Shown here: positions 29,490 through 40,084 of the stretch, piece by piece
How positions within the stretch are numbered: the first letter of the stretch is position 1
Layout: every line of letters starts with the position of its first letter
Source of the DNA: an uncultured Heliobacteriaceae bacterium
Lineage (GTDB): Bacteria; Acidobacteriota; Blastocatellia; RBC074
DNA length: 64,000 nucleotides
Direction: 5' to 3'
NCBI GenBank assembly: GCA_964631865.1
Contig: CAZWAK010000007.1
Location: 1,934-65,933, forward strand
Program-made: the position numbers and the translations under genes
Notes under the pieces: model-generated
Database searches by the model: none
Told to the model about the DNA's origin: nothing
What the model saw: the letters and a program-made list of their open reading frames with translations, nothing else

Positions 29490-30707
29490 ATGAACGAACA
29501 AACACACAACAATCCGCGTCCGCTCGAAGGCGTGCGCATTTTAGAGATGGGACAATTGCTCGCGGGGCCGTTCGCTGCCGTCTTGCTCAGCTGGTTTGGC
29601 GCGGAAGTTATCAAGATCGAACCGCCCGGCATCGGCGATCCGCTGCGCAAATGGCGCAAGCTGCACCAGGGGACGGCGCTCTGGTGGTACATTCTGGGGC
29701 GCAACAAAAAATGCGTGACGCTCAATTTGAAAGACCCGCGCGGGCACGAGATCGTCAAGCAACTCGTCGGCAAAGTGGATGTGCTGATCGAAAACTTCAA
29801 ACCCGGCACGCTCGAAAAATGGGGGCTGGGTTATGAAGAACTCAAGCAGATCAACCCGCAATTGATTATGTCGCGCGTCTCCGGCTACGGGCAGACGGGG
29901 CCGTATTCATCGCGTCCTGGTTACGCGAGCGTGGCGGAAGGCTACGGCGGCTTTCGCTACATCAACGGCTTCCCGGATCGTCCGCCCGCACGACCGAATT
30001 TGAGTCTCGGCGACACGCTTGCCGGTTTGCATTCGGCGCTCGGCATTCTGATGGCGCTGTATCACCGCGATGCGAAGCAGACCGGGCAAGGCCAGATGAT
30101 TGACGTGGCGATTTACGAAGCCGTGTTCAATATGATGGAGTCCATGATTCCCGAATACGACAAGCTCGGCGAAATCCGCGAACGACAGGGAGCCAAGCTG
30201 TCGGGCATCGTGCCGACGAACACCTATCCGACCAAAGACGGCAAGTACGTCATCATCGGCGGCAACGGCGATTCGATTTATAAACGCTTGATGACGGCAG
30301 CCGGGCGCGAAGATTTGGCGAACGATCCGCGCCTCGCGCACAACGACGGGCGCGTCGAGCACGAAGCCGAAATTGACGCCGCGATTGAAGCGTGGACGCG
30401 GGCCAATAATTACGACGACATTTACAAAATCCTCGACGCAGCGGGCGTGCCCGTCGGCCCGATTTACAACGCGGCGGATATGGTCAACGACCCGCACTTC
30501 ATCGCGCGCGGTTTGTTTGAAGACGCGGACATCGGCAACGGCGAAACGGTCAAGCTGCCGACGTTTGTGCCCAAGTTGAGCGCGACGCCCGGCGGGACGC
30601 AGTGGATCGGGCCGCCGCTCGGCGCGCATAACCGAGAAGTGTATTGCGAGATGTTAGGAATGAGTGAACCGGAATTTCAGAGCTTGCAACACGATGGCGT
30701 GATTTAG
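29490..30707 (+). CDS. CoA-transferase family III (CaiB/BaiF)
   Basis: ...GVRILEMGQLLAGPFAAVLLSWFGAEVIKIEPPG... and ...GNGDSIYKRLM.... Confidence 0.85.
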   Translation: MNEQTHNNPRPLEGVRILEMGQLLAGPFAAVLLSWFGAEVIKIEPPGIGDPLRKWRKLHQGTALWWYILGRNKKCVTLNLKDPRGHEIVKQLVGKVDVLIENFKPGTLEKWGLGYEELKQINPQLIMSRVSGYGQTGPYSSRPGYASVAEGYGGFRYINGFPDRPPARPNLSLGDTLAGLHSALGILMALYHRDAKQTGQGQMIDVAIYEAVFNMMESMIPEYDKLGEIRERQGAKLSGIVPTNTYPTKDGKYVIIGGNGDSIYKRLMTAAGREDLANDPRLAHNDGRVEHEAEIDAAIEAWTRANNYDDIYKILDAAGVPVGPIYNAADMVNDPHFIARGLFEDADIGNGETVKLPTFVPKLSATPGGTQWIGPPLGAHNREVYCEMLGMSEPEFQSLQHDGVI

Positions 30708-30739
30708 GCTGCGCACAGAGGAGTTCGGAATTCAGGTGT

Positions 30740-32554
30740 TTACTTTGCTTTGATGCGAAGCGCGATGTCGTCCTTGTAATTTGGCGCGTTGAATTGTCGT
30801 GTGCCGCCGTTATGCTGAAAGCTTTCGTTGCGCATCCCTGCGCCTGTCACCGGGTCAATCCATTCCGCCGTGAAAGTTCCGGCGGGCAATTCAATCTGCA
30901 AATTCGTCGGCGCATTCGGATCGCGCGGCACATTCAACGGGCCTATCGTGCCCCAACTGAAATTCACTTCGGCATCATTGCGCGCCAGTTGCAAATCCGA
31001 GAGCCACGCATCCTTGAAATACTCGGCCTTCAATCCCGCTGTGCCAAACGCGCGGCTCGGAATCACTTCTTTCGGCTGGCTCGCGCTTGACCACAGCAGC
31101 TTCGTCACGCCTTGCCCGCCGTTGTAAAAATATTCGAGCTTGATGTCGTAGCGTTTGCCTGCTTCGAGTTTGATTTTGTCGGTGTCTTCCGTCTCGCCGT
31201 GATCTGTCCAGTTGTTGATGATGCGCTCGCCGTTGATCCACAAACGCACACCGTCATTCGACAAAGTATGAAATGAATATTCTTCTGAAAACTTCGGTTC
31301 GATTTGTCCCGTCCAACGCGCCGAGAATGCGCCGAATACCATCGTGCGCAAATAGATTGCATAAGCTTTCTTCGGCTCGACCAACGCGCGCGCGGTCACG
31401 CCCGCAGGCACGCCGCCTTTGAGGATCGCGTTGTCGGGCTTCATCTTGATGAAGTTGAAGCCGTTGATGAAATCGCGCAGGTAGCGCAGTTGCTGGCGAA
31501 ACGTCGGATTCCCGCTGCCCGGTTGTGTGTCGGGATATTGATATGTGCCGTCTTCGTAGCCGTGTGTAAACGAGTAATCGAGGTTGTTGTACAGCCCGCC
31601 GCCCGCGATGATGAAGTCCCAGCCTTCCATGCGATAGGGCGTTTCTTTCGACCCGGCAAAGCCGGTTTCGTTGTCGCCGATCACTTTGTTCAGCGCGTAA
31701 TTCATCGCAACGGTGTCGGGCGGATAGGCATAGTGAAAGTTGAAGATCGAAACCGCCGGGTGCGGATTCACGACCTTTTGCTTGCCGTTGTTGATGTTTT
31801 GCGAGATCAGATGTTTATGCTTGAAGTTCTTTTCGGTCTCGACAATCACGTCCGCAATGTGGCGTTGCCATTCGTCCGTCACGCCGCCTGCGTACGGCTC
31901 GTTGCAGATTTCGTAGTAGACGTTATCGAAGTCTTTCAGCTCCGCGACGATCTTGCGCACGTACGCATCCTGCGCGGCGGTGACGTCGGCGTGCTTGAGC
32001 GTTTCGGCTTCGTCCCATTGGCAATTGCCGACGTTGTTGATGTTGTTTTTGAAATAGAACGGATGCGTGAACCAAGACCTATCGCTGTAATAACTGCTGA
32101 AGAGATTCGCTTCGATGATGATGCCGCGTTTGGCGGCTTGCGCGACGAAATCTTTCAGGCGCGCGAAATATTTTTCATCCCACTTCGTCAAATCGAATTT
32201 GTTGCCGCCATCGAAATAGCCCGGCACGTTGCTGCGCGCCCAGGGCGTGATGAACTTCTCCTGCTTTGGCGCAAGCACGTTGTTGGCGATGCCGAACGCG
32301 CCGGGTTGTTCTCGATAGGCAAGGAACGTGCGCGTCAGATTGAGCTTATCTTTGGCGAGCGTGTCGAGATATTTGACGTAATCAAAGTCCAGATTCACGA
32401 CCGCGCCGTAATGTTCGCCTGACGTAATCAACACGGTCGGTTGGCCGCGAAATAAAAAGTAGTGCGGATTGTCAGGATGCAGCGCAAGCGGTTTGGATTG
32501 GGCAAACGACGCGACATAAACGAAGAGCAACGCAAACACAGGGCTTCTTTTCAT
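30740..32554 (-). CDS. Secreted glycoside hydrolase (GH5-like TIM barrel with an NEP motif) with a C-terminal PA14 domain
   Basis: Signal peptide MKRSPVFALLFVYVASFAQS, ...YYEICNEPYAGG..., and a PA14-like ...GVRLWINGERIINNWTDHG...KRYDIKLEYF. Start trimmed from the ORF-track 32806. Confidence 0.6.
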   Translation of the reverse strand: MKRSPVFALLFVYVASFAQSKPLALHPDNPHYFLFRGQPTVLITSGEHYGAVVNLDFDYVKYLDTLAKDKLNLTRTFLAYREQPGAFGIANNVLAPKQEKFITPWARSNVPGYFDGGNKFDLTKWDEKYFARLKDFVAQAAKRGIIIEANLFSSYYSDRSWFTHPFYFKNNINNVGNCQWDEAETLKHADVTAAQDAYVRKIVAELKDFDNVYYEICNEPYAGGVTDEWQRHIADVIVETEKNFKHKHLISQNINNGKQKVVNPHPAVSIFNFHYAYPPDTVAMNYALNKVIGDNETGFAGSKETPYRMEGWDFIIAGGGLYNNLDYSFTHGYEDGTYQYPDTQPGSGNPTFRQQLRYLRDFINGFNFIKMKPDNAILKGGVPAGVTARALVEPKKAYAIYLRTMVFGAFSARWTGQIEPKFSEEYSFHTLSNDGVRLWINGERIINNWTDHGETEDTDKIKLEAGKRYDIKLEYFYNGGQGVTKLLWSSASQPKEVIPSRAFGTAGLKAEYFKDAWLSDLQLARNDAEVNFSWGTIGPLNVPRDPNAPTNLQIELPAGTFTAEWIDPVTGAGMRNESFQHNGGTRQFNAPNYKDDIALRIKAK

Positions 32555-32656
32555 AATCCTCGTAGTGGTGATTGATTTTTTCTGTCCGTGATTATGCCAG
32601 CAGTTGGCCAGGTCGAAAAGGGGAACGATTCTCCTTCTGTTGATATCCCTGAGTGC

Positions 32657-32750
32657 GCGCAGCGTTTGGAGTGCTGCGGCTTGACGTAGCTTTTTATCAC
32701 TCGAATTACCAAAGCGACGTCGAGACCGTCGCACTCCAAACGCTTCGCGC
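32657..32750. repeat. About 95-nt structured (nested inverted-repeat) element, copy A, 75 bp downstream of the TBDR stop
   Basis: Shares identical blocks agtgctgcggcttgacgtagcttt and aaagcgacgtcgagaccgtcgcactccaaacgcttcgcg with 43123-43219. Confidence 0.8.
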
Positions 32751-32826
32751 CACCCCCAATAAAAATGAGCCAGTGTATTGCCGCGAACGACAATGCACTG
32801 GCTCAAATAACAAAGGAGGATTTTCT

Positions 32827-35800
32827 TTAGAACACAACCTTCGCCCGCAACTGAATCATGCGCCCGCTGTAGTTCCCAATGTTGTAATTATTGAAGAACG
32901 TGTTGCCCGCCGTTGCGAACGCTGCCGTCAATGCGCCAACGCCTGCGACGGTGCGCGGTTGTTGATTGAAGATGTCAAAGAATTCCGCGCCGATGCGGAA
33001 GTTTTGCCCTTTCTCGCCGAACACGAACGCTTTCGTCAAATTCAAATCCGTGCGATTGAAGCCGAACGTGCGGAAGGTGTTGCGACCCGCTGTCGAACGC
33101 GCGCCAATGCCTGCCACGACGTATTGCGCGTTCGGATTGTTGACGACATAACCAACCGTCGCGTTGTTGCCCATCGCTACGGTTTGCCCGGCGGCATTGA
33201 TCGCCGTGACGCCGCTCGAAATGCCTGCGATGCCGTTCGGATTGAAGATCGTGCGGTCGCCTGCATTGTCGCGGTTGATGTTGCTGTCTACGCCGGACAG
33301 TGGCGTGATCGGTTGTCCCGATTGCGCCTGGAAGATGCCGTGAACTTGCCAGCCCGCAAACGTCATCCGCAGCCATTTGTTATCGAGGTTTTGGAAGAAC
33401 GGCATGTCGTACGTGAACGACGAAGCCACGCGATGCGGAATGTCCATCGCCGAACGCGCCCGATCTGCGCGCAGGTTGAAGAAATCCTGTGGGCGACGCG
33501 GATTGATCGCGCTGCTGTTCAATTCAACGGTCGAATTGTCAATCGTTGTGCTCCACGTGTAGGCCAGATTGAAGGCCAGTCCGCGATGGAATTGGCGTGT
33601 CAAACTCACCGAACCCGCGTTGTACTGCGACGAGCCAACGAATTGATACGACGTGAGATTTGTCGAGAAGCCGTTCGCTGCGAGCGGTCGCGCATTGACG
33701 CCCGGCACAGCACGCACATCGCCCAATGTTTGCAAGCCCGCAAGTTGCGTCACATCCGGCGTGCTGAAGAACGTCGGCAACACGAGCGCGTTGTCGAAGA
33801 CGGCAGGCGCATTCAAGCGCAATTGCACGGGCAAGTGGCTGCCGCGCGTGCCGAGGTAGCGAACTTCCAAGACCGTGTTCGGCATGATCTCGCGTTGATA
33901 CGCAACCGACCACGACATCGAACGCGGCGAGACTTGATCGGGAATGAACGCATTCGTCGCCGCGCGCGCTGCGTTCGCGTCGGTCAACGGAATCAGTTGA
34001 TTCGGGATGCCGCCGCTTTGCAAAAATGCACGCGCCGGATCGAGTCCGAACGCTGCGTTCGCGGAAGCTGCCGTCAACGTTTGCTGAAACTGCGGCGGCA
34101 ACGAAGTCAGCACGAGATTGTAGAAATTCTCGTAATAACTCACGCCAAAATTCGCGCGAATTGCGCTCTTGCCTTGTTCGCCGAACAACCAATTGCCGAC
34201 GCGATTTTTCATCGTCGGCGACCACGCAAAACCAACGCGCGGCGCAAAGTTGTTTTTGTCCGTGCGCGGTTTGTTGAATTCGAGCACGCCCGGCGCGCTC
34301 GCAATGGAATTCAACGCCTGCATCGCCAAATCGCGCGGCAACGTTGAGTATTCGTAACGCACGCCGAGGTTCAGCGTGAAGTTTGGCTTCAGCTTCCAGT
34401 CGTCCTGCGCGAACGCGGCGGTGCGATATTGATTGCCCGTGAAGCCGTCGCTGCCTGTGCTGCGGAACGAACCGTTGACGAGCGGCGATTGATCGCGCAG
34501 CAAGTTGTCAAAGCTCGCGTAATCGTAATAACCGCGCGCGAATTGCAGGAAGCGTTGCGTGAAAATTTGCCGCCGCATTTCGCCGCCGAATTTGAACGTG
34601 TGCGCGCCGCGCATCCAGCTCAGCGCGTCGGCAATTTGATAGCTGCTGTTCACGGGAGCGCCTTGCGGCAAGACCTGATTCGGGCCGAGATTCAAATTCA
34701 ATTCGGTCACAACCAGATTCGGAAAGTTGCTGACGTTCGCGTCTTTGATCGGATAGTTTTCCGTGATGCCGCGATACGCAATGCGCGCGTCGTTGACAAT
34801 CGTCGGGCTGAACACGCGCACCCACGTCGCCGAAAACAAACGGCTGTCGTAGGCTTGCAAATTATTGAACTTCGCATTGCCGCCGCCCGGTTGTTCCGCG
34901 CGCCGCCGCTCGAAACTGAAGCGATAGCGAAATTGATTTTTGTCGTTCGGCAAATGGTCAATGTTGGTTTGGAACAGATGCTCGCGCGCGCCTGCCGGAA
35001 CCGTCAACGCAACCGTGCCGAAGGGAACGCCCGCGTTGCCAAGCACTGTGCGTTGCGCGGTTTCGGTCGGCGCGAGCGCGAGGTTGTTGCGCAACGTCTC
35101 CACGACAAACGGGCTGACGCCAGCAAAGCCTGCGATTTGTTGCAAGCCCGCTTCCGTCGGCGCGAGGTACGTCGAAGTCACGGCGTTTTGTTGCGTGCGT
35201 TCGTATTGATACGCGCCGAAGTAAAACAATTTGTTGGCGACAATCGGCCCGCCAATCGTGCCGCCGAAGCGGCGATTGCGAAAGTACGGGCGTGTGCCGT
35301 TGCTCCAACGCGCGTTCAGGCTTTCGGTTTGCGCATAGCCGAACAGCGAGCCGTGCAGCGCATTCGTGCCGGACATCGTGACGGTGTTGAATTGACCGCC
35401 CGCTGCGGAACCGAATTCCGCATTGAAGTTGTTCGTCAAAACCGTGAATTCCTGAATCGCATCGAGGATCAATTTGGTCGAAGGCCCGGTCACGCTCGGA
35501 TCGTCGTTGTTGACGCCGTCAATGTTGAAGCTGTTGCCGCGCGGGCGCACGCCGCCGATGGTTCCGCCCGTGCCAACGACGCCCGTCGAAGTCGCTACGA
35601 CATTCGGCGCGAGCAACGCCAGCGAGTAATAGTTGCCGATGATTGGCAGCTCCAGCGATTGCCGCGAATTCCAACTGCCGCTCAGTTGTGACGTGTCGGT
35701 TTGGAGCGTTCCGCCTGCGGTGGCGGTGACGTTGACCTGATCGGAAACCTCGCCCGTTTGCATGGCAACATCCACGACGGATTCCTGATTGAGCGCAATG

Positions 35801-36090
35801 ACGATTTCGCTCGCCGCAGCTTTGAAGCCGTCCGCCGCAATCTTCACGTTATATGTGCCAACGGGAACGTTGGGAAAGTTATAAGCACCTGCCGCCGTCG
35901 TCTGCATCGTCACGGTTTGCCCGGTCGCCTCGTTTTTCAACGTGACCGTAGCGTTGGGAATCACCGCGCCGGAAGCGTCGGTGACGGTTCCGCTGGCGCG
36001 TCCGCCCGTCGCCTGCGCAAACGCACAGACGGCTGTCAGCAAGAGGATCAAAAGGCTGTGAAAGACAAATTTAGGATTCATAAAACTCAC
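32827..36090 (-). CDS. TonB-dependent receptor with an N-terminal carboxypeptidase regulatory-like domain
   Basis: Signal peptide, ...GTVTDASGAVIPNATVTLKNEATGQTV..., about 1080 aa with beta-barrel repeats and a C-terminal ...RAKVVF. Start may be at 36081. Confidence 0.8.
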   Translation of the reverse strand: MSFMNPKFVFHSLLILLLTAVCAFAQATGGRASGTVTDASGAVIPNATVTLKNEATGQTVTMQTTAAGAYNFPNVPVGTYNVKIAADGFKAAASEIVIALNQESVVDVAMQTGEVSDQVNVTATAGGTLQTDTSQLSGSWNSRQSLELPIIGNYYSLALLAPNVVATSTGVVGTGGTIGGVRPRGNSFNIDGVNNDDPSVTGPSTKLILDAIQEFTVLTNNFNAEFGSAAGGQFNTVTMSGTNALHGSLFGYAQTESLNARWSNGTRPYFRNRRFGGTIGGPIVANKLFYFGAYQYERTQQNAVTSTYLAPTEAGLQQIAGFAGVSPFVVETLRNNLALAPTETAQRTVLGNAGVPFGTVALTVPAGAREHLFQTNIDHLPNDKNQFRYRFSFERRRAEQPGGGNAKFNNLQAYDSRLFSATWVRVFSPTIVNDARIAYRGITENYPIKDANVSNFPNLVVTELNLNLGPNQVLPQGAPVNSSYQIADALSWMRGAHTFKFGGEMRRQIFTQRFLQFARGYYDYASFDNLLRDQSPLVNGSFRSTGSDGFTGNQYRTAAFAQDDWKLKPNFTLNLGVRYEYSTLPRDLAMQALNSIASAPGVLEFNKPRTDKNNFAPRVGFAWSPTMKNRVGNWLFGEQGKSAIRANFGVSYYENFYNLVLTSLPPQFQQTLTAASANAAFGLDPARAFLQSGGIPNQLIPLTDANAARAATNAFIPDQVSPRSMSWSVAYQREIMPNTVLEVRYLGTRGSHLPVQLRLNAPAVFDNALVLPTFFSTPDVTQLAGLQTLGDVRAVPGVNARPLAANGFSTNLTSYQFVGSSQYNAGSVSLTRQFHRGLAFNLAYTWSTTIDNSTVELNSSAINPRRPQDFFNLRADRARSAMDIPHRVASSFTYDMPFFQNLDNKWLRMTFAGWQVHGIFQAQSGQPITPLSGVDSNINRDNAGDRTIFNPNGIAGISSGVTAINAAGQTVAMGNNATVGYVVNNPNAQYVVAGIGARSTAGRNTFRTFGFNRTDLNLTKAFVFGEKGQNFRIGAEFFDIFNQQPRTVAGVGALTAAFATAGNTFFNNYNIGNYSGRMIQLRAKVVF

Positions 36091-36290
36091 TGGTTATGAA
36101 GCGCAAGTGCCGCTAAAACCTGGCTTCGTAGTTGTGATGGGTGTTCGATGATTGAGGATTGGCGATAAACTCTTGTGGGCTGTCGGAAACGTTATGAGGC
36201 CAACGCGCGAGGGGCTTGCTGCGAGGAAGGTATTAGACCAGCCGGGTTCGCTGGATACAAGTTACAAAGTAATGACAATTTAATGACAGC

Positions 36291-36403
36291 GTTGGGTGCG
36301 GGGCGCATCCTGCGGGCTGAGGCTCACGGGGTGAATCCCTTATTACGATGAAAGCCTCAGCCTTCGCAAGCCTCAGCCCGCAGGATGCGCCCCGCACCCA
36401 ACA
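36291..36403. terminator. 34-bp perfect inverted repeat with a 45-nt loop, ending at the stop codon of the GMC oxidoreductase gene
   Basis: gttgggtgcggggcgcatcctgcgggctgaggct ... agcctcagcccgcaggatgcgccccgcacccaac. Confidence 0.6.
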
Positions 36404-38092
36404 TTACACCTCGCCGCGTTTGGCTTGCTCAATCAAGTATTCACTCGCGCGCATTGCCAGTGCCAGAATCGTCAGCGTCGGATTCACGCAGCCGCTCGAC
36501 ACAAAGCAACTGCCATCCACGACGAACAAATTTTTCACATCGTGCGCTTGATTGAATTGATTGAGCACCGAAGTCTTTTTGTCATTGCCCATGCGCGCGG
36601 TTCCGACTTCGTGAATGCTGTGACCGGGCGGGAACATGGCGAGGTTTTCGCTGACCAATTCGACGCCCGCCGCCTCAAACATTTCGTGCGCGCATTCAAT
36701 CGCATCGTTCGTCAGGTTTTGTTCGTTGTCGCCGTAAGCAATGTCAATCTTGAGCGACGGAATGCCCCACGCATCTTTCAGGTTCGGATCAATCGCAACG
36801 TGATTTTCCTTGCGCGCGAGGACTTCGCCAAACGCACTCATCCGCACAAACGCGGGATGCAACGCGCGGACTTCGGTTTTGAAATCTTTGCCAAAACCCG
36901 CCGTCGTTTTTGCGTGGCTGGGGAAAATCCCAGCGCCGCTCCCCGCTTGATAGCCAAAGCGGCGAATGTATTTTTGCTGCTTCGACGCTTTGTCCAAATT
37001 GCGAAACGGCGGGATGTATGTGCCTTGCGGACGCCCGTCTTCATTGACGATTTCGCGTCCTTTGAAATCTTTGATTAGCCCCGTGAAGCTCACGCCCCAC
37101 GTGTGATCGTGCAAATATTTGCCGAGCACGCCGCTCGAATTCGCCAGGCCGTTTGGATACTCGCGCGAAGTCGAATTGAGCAAAATGCGCGTGGATTCGA
37201 GCGTGGACGCGCCGAGAATCACGACTTTGCCGAGCGCTTCGTAATCGCGCTTCGAGGTGCGATCAATGAAGCGCACGCCTTTTGCTTTGCCGGTTTTGGA
37301 ATCCAACAAAACTTCGCGCACCACCGCATCCGAACGCAGCGTCAGCTTGCCCGTGTCGTTCGCCGGAGCAAGCAAGCCCGTCGGCGAATTGAACATTGCG
37401 CCGACATCGCAGCCGCGCCCGCACGTGCCGCAGTAATGACAGGCCGCGCGATATTTGTTGTGCGCGAGTTTTTCGCTGATGACGCCTGCGCGCGTCGGAA
37501 TCAAATGACGTCCGGTTTTCTCCACGCCACGCTGCAAAATCTTTTCGCCACACAGCATCGGCTGTGGCTTTTGAAAGATGCCGTCAGGCAATTGCGGCAA
37601 GCCTTCGCGTGTGCCCATAATCCCGATCAAACGATCTACGTGGTCGTAGTACGGCTGCAAATCATCGTATGAAATCGGCCAGTCATCGCCGTAACCATCG
37701 TGCGAAGCGGCTTTGAAATCGAACTCGCTCAAACGCAACGCCACGCGCCCCCACACGAGCGTGCGACCGCCGACAGCCCGCGCGCGTACCCAATCGAACG
37801 GCTTATCTTTCGGCGTCGAATACGGGTTTTCATCGAGCCGTGCGTAGATGTGTGTCGTGTAGCCGTCGGCGAACCCGTATTTGTAATTGTGCGCATCGCG
37901 CGGCGAGATGCGACCGCGATATTTTTCTTCGTACGGCCAAGTGTGCGTTTTGAAGTCGTTGTATAAATCCAGCTTCGGCCCGGCTTCGAGAACTAACACA
38001 TCCATTCCCGCTTTGGTGAGCATGTACGCCGCCATCCCGCCTGCCGCGCCCGAACCAACAATGACGGCATCATAAATTTTTTGGGTGGTCAT
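36404..38092 (-). CDS. GMC family oxidoreductase
   Basis: VIVGSGAAGG FAD-binding motif and GMC C-terminal signatures. 562 aa. Confidence 0.85.
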   Translation of the reverse strand: MTTQKIYDAVIVGSGAAGGMAAYMLTKAGMDVLVLEAGPKLDLYNDFKTHTWPYEEKYRGRISPRDAHNYKYGFADGYTTHIYARLDENPYSTPKDKPFDWVRARAVGGRTLVWGRVALRLSEFDFKAASHDGYGDDWPISYDDLQPYYDHVDRLIGIMGTREGLPQLPDGIFQKPQPMLCGEKILQRGVEKTGRHLIPTRAGVISEKLAHNKYRAACHYCGTCGRGCDVGAMFNSPTGLLAPANDTGKLTLRSDAVVREVLLDSKTGKAKGVRFIDRTSKRDYEALGKVVILGASTLESTRILLNSTSREYPNGLANSSGVLGKYLHDHTWGVSFTGLIKDFKGREIVNEDGRPQGTYIPPFRNLDKASKQQKYIRRFGYQAGSGAGIFPSHAKTTAGFGKDFKTEVRALHPAFVRMSAFGEVLARKENHVAIDPNLKDAWGIPSLKIDIAYGDNEQNLTNDAIECAHEMFEAAGVELVSENLAMFPPGHSIHEVGTARMGNDKKTSVLNQFNQAHDVKNLFVVDGSCFVSSGCVNPTLTILALAMRASEYLIEQAKRGEV

Positions 38093-38103
38093 GAGTTTCT
38101 CCT

Positions 38104-38193
38104 AAAGAGGCGTCAAGAGTTCAAGCTTCAGCTTGGTTTTTCAGTCACACAAGCGCAAACCCAAGCTAAAGCTTGAACTCTTGACGCCTCTTT
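38104..38193. terminator. About 90-nt near-perfect palindrome (25-bp outer stem plus inner stem) between the 2OG-oxygenase stop and the GMC start. Member of a palindromic element family.
   Basis: aaagaggcgtcaagagttcaagctt ... aagcttgaactcttgacgcctcttt followed by tttt. Confidence 0.65.
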
Positions 38194-38808
38194 TTAGCGT
38201 AGCAAATTGCTTTCGAGCGAACGTCGCTTGAACCAGCCTGTGAGACTAAAACGTTCGCGCGTCGCAGGCAAGACTTCGTGCGCAATCGCGTCGCTGCGAA
38301 AGAGTGCAAACGTTCCGGCGTGCGGGTAAACGTCAATGTGCTGCGCGCCTTCGTACAACCGCAATGCGCCGCCATCGGCTTCGTTCCAGTTGGCATTCAG
38401 ATACAACGAACATGAAAGAATGCGTTCATCCGCTGTGTTGAAGCGGTCGAAATGCTTTTGATAAAACGCGCCGGGCGGATAGACGGCATAATGCGCTTCC
38501 AAATCCTGCACGCCGACAAACAATTGCGCGTTGAGTTCCTGCCGCAGCGTTTCCATCGCGGTGAAATATTCAGCTTGCGGCGTAGTCAAATTCGCTTCGT
38601 CGAGCCACAAAATATGATCGCGGCGGATGTCGGCGCGAATACTGAAGTCTGCGCCGCGCCCGACGCCAGCGGATTTGAATGCGGCAGTTATCCACAACGT
38701 TTGCGCTTCGTCGGCCAAAGCAGCAATCGTGTGTGGCGCGAGCAAGTCGGTTGTAACCGCCCAGCCGTGCTCGGCGAGATGGTTAATGAGGAACGAGGTA
38801 TTTTCCAT
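38194..38808 (-). CDS. 2OG-Fe(II) oxygenase (prolyl-4-hydroxylase-like)
   Basis: ...HFDRFN...D...ALRLYEG...HEVLP..R.S.TGWF... gives the HxD...H facial triad and an RxS motif. Confidence 0.8.
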   Translation of the reverse strand: MENTSFLINHLAEHGWAVTTDLLAPHTIAALADEAQTLWITAAFKSAGVGRGADFSIRADIRRDHILWLDEANLTTPQAEYFTAMETLRQELNAQLFVGVQDLEAHYAVYPPGAFYQKHFDRFNTADERILSCSLYLNANWNEADGGALRLYEGAQHIDVYPHAGTFALFRSDAIAHEVLPATRERFSLTGWFKRRSLESNLLR

Positions 38809-39130
38809 GATGATTTGAAGATCAACTATACCTTATTCAATTTCGCCTGTCCGCCCGTTCCCAGCGTTTTGCAACGCACGAGGCTACAGCGGAAAGTTTC
38901 GCACGGTGTGCGACCGTTGTGCGCGAAAATCCGCGAATTTGTGGGGCAAGGCTCGGTTTTTCGCGCGGCATACGTTTTGCTCTCTTTGCCAAGGGGGGAA
39001 CCTGAAAAGAGCCAGTAGGGCTAGAAATCGGGGAGTTAGTGCGGTGGGTGCAGCCGCTGCACTAGAGGTTCCCCCCGTTCGATCAAGAAAACTTGGCTAT
39101 CTTGGGGCTGGATTTTTCCTTTTTCAATGC

Positions 39131-40028
39131 GAGGGATGAAATGACAGAATCAATGAAAATTTTGATGGCGTACGATGGCTCTGATTGCGCGCAGGCCGCG
39201 TTGGATGATTTACGCTCGGCGGGCTTGCCCACCAAAGCGAATGTCAAAGTGGTGGCGATTTTGGAAACGTGGTTGCCGCCGCCGTCGGGCTGGGCACTGA
39301 TGGAAGGCACGAGCAGAGCCAGTGAAGAATTGGATCGGTTGGCGCTGGCACAAGGTGCGGCGGTGTCCTTGCGCTCGATGTTTCCAGGCTGGGAGCTGAC
39401 GGCGCAGGAAGAAATCGGTTCTCCGGCCAGCGTCTTGCTGAAGATCGCAGATGATTGGAAGCCGGATTTGCTGGTCGTCGGTTCGCACAGTCGTTCCGCC
39501 GCCGGGCGCTTTTTTCTCGGCAGCGTTTCGCAAAAACTGGTTCACGAAGCGCATTGCTCAGTGCGTGTGGCGCGTGGGCGCGTGCAAGAGCCGGACACGC
39601 CGCTGCGCCTCCTCATCGGGGTAGACGGTTCCGCCGGTTCGCAAGCGGCAGTGAATGTCGTCGCACAGCGTAATTGGCCGACGAACACCGAAGTAAAGCT
39701 GGTGAACGCCACGTGGGCCGCGCCGCATTTGTTCGCTGAACCAGCCGCCTCAGCCGTGACGAAATGGTTAGCTGAAGAACACGCGCGCATCGAAACGAGC
39801 CTGCAAGAAGCACAGGAAAAACTACAAGCCGCAGGTTTGCAGGTGACGCGGCTGACCCGACAAGAAGACCCGAAAACATTGCTCTGCGAAGAGGCGGAAC
39901 GCTGGGGAGCAGATTGTATTTTTGTGGGAGCCAAAGGCGTAGGCCGCTGGGAACGGCTGTTGATTGGCAGTGTGTCTTCCGCGGTGGCGGCGCGTGCGCA
40001 TTGCTCGGTCGAGATTGTGCGTCCGTAA
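39131..40028 (+). CDS. Universal stress protein (tandem UspA domains)
   Basis: Two UspA-like halves, each with ...LLVVGSHSRS.../...FVGAKGVGR... ATP-binding-like loops. RBS gaggga lies upstream of the ATG at 39131. Confidence 0.8.
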
Positions 40029-40084
40029 AGCGCGGGCAGATGTGGGGCAGGCTGAAAACCTGCCCCATATTTTTTCGGTGCGCT

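Noticed and set aside
32653-34347. 564-aa plus-strand ORF (and similar ORFs 34429-35691, 36425-37078, 44031-44642, 45177-45896)
   Set aside because: These are antisense shadows inside the two TBDR genes and the GMC oxidoreductase gene. They are Arg-rich with no motifs.
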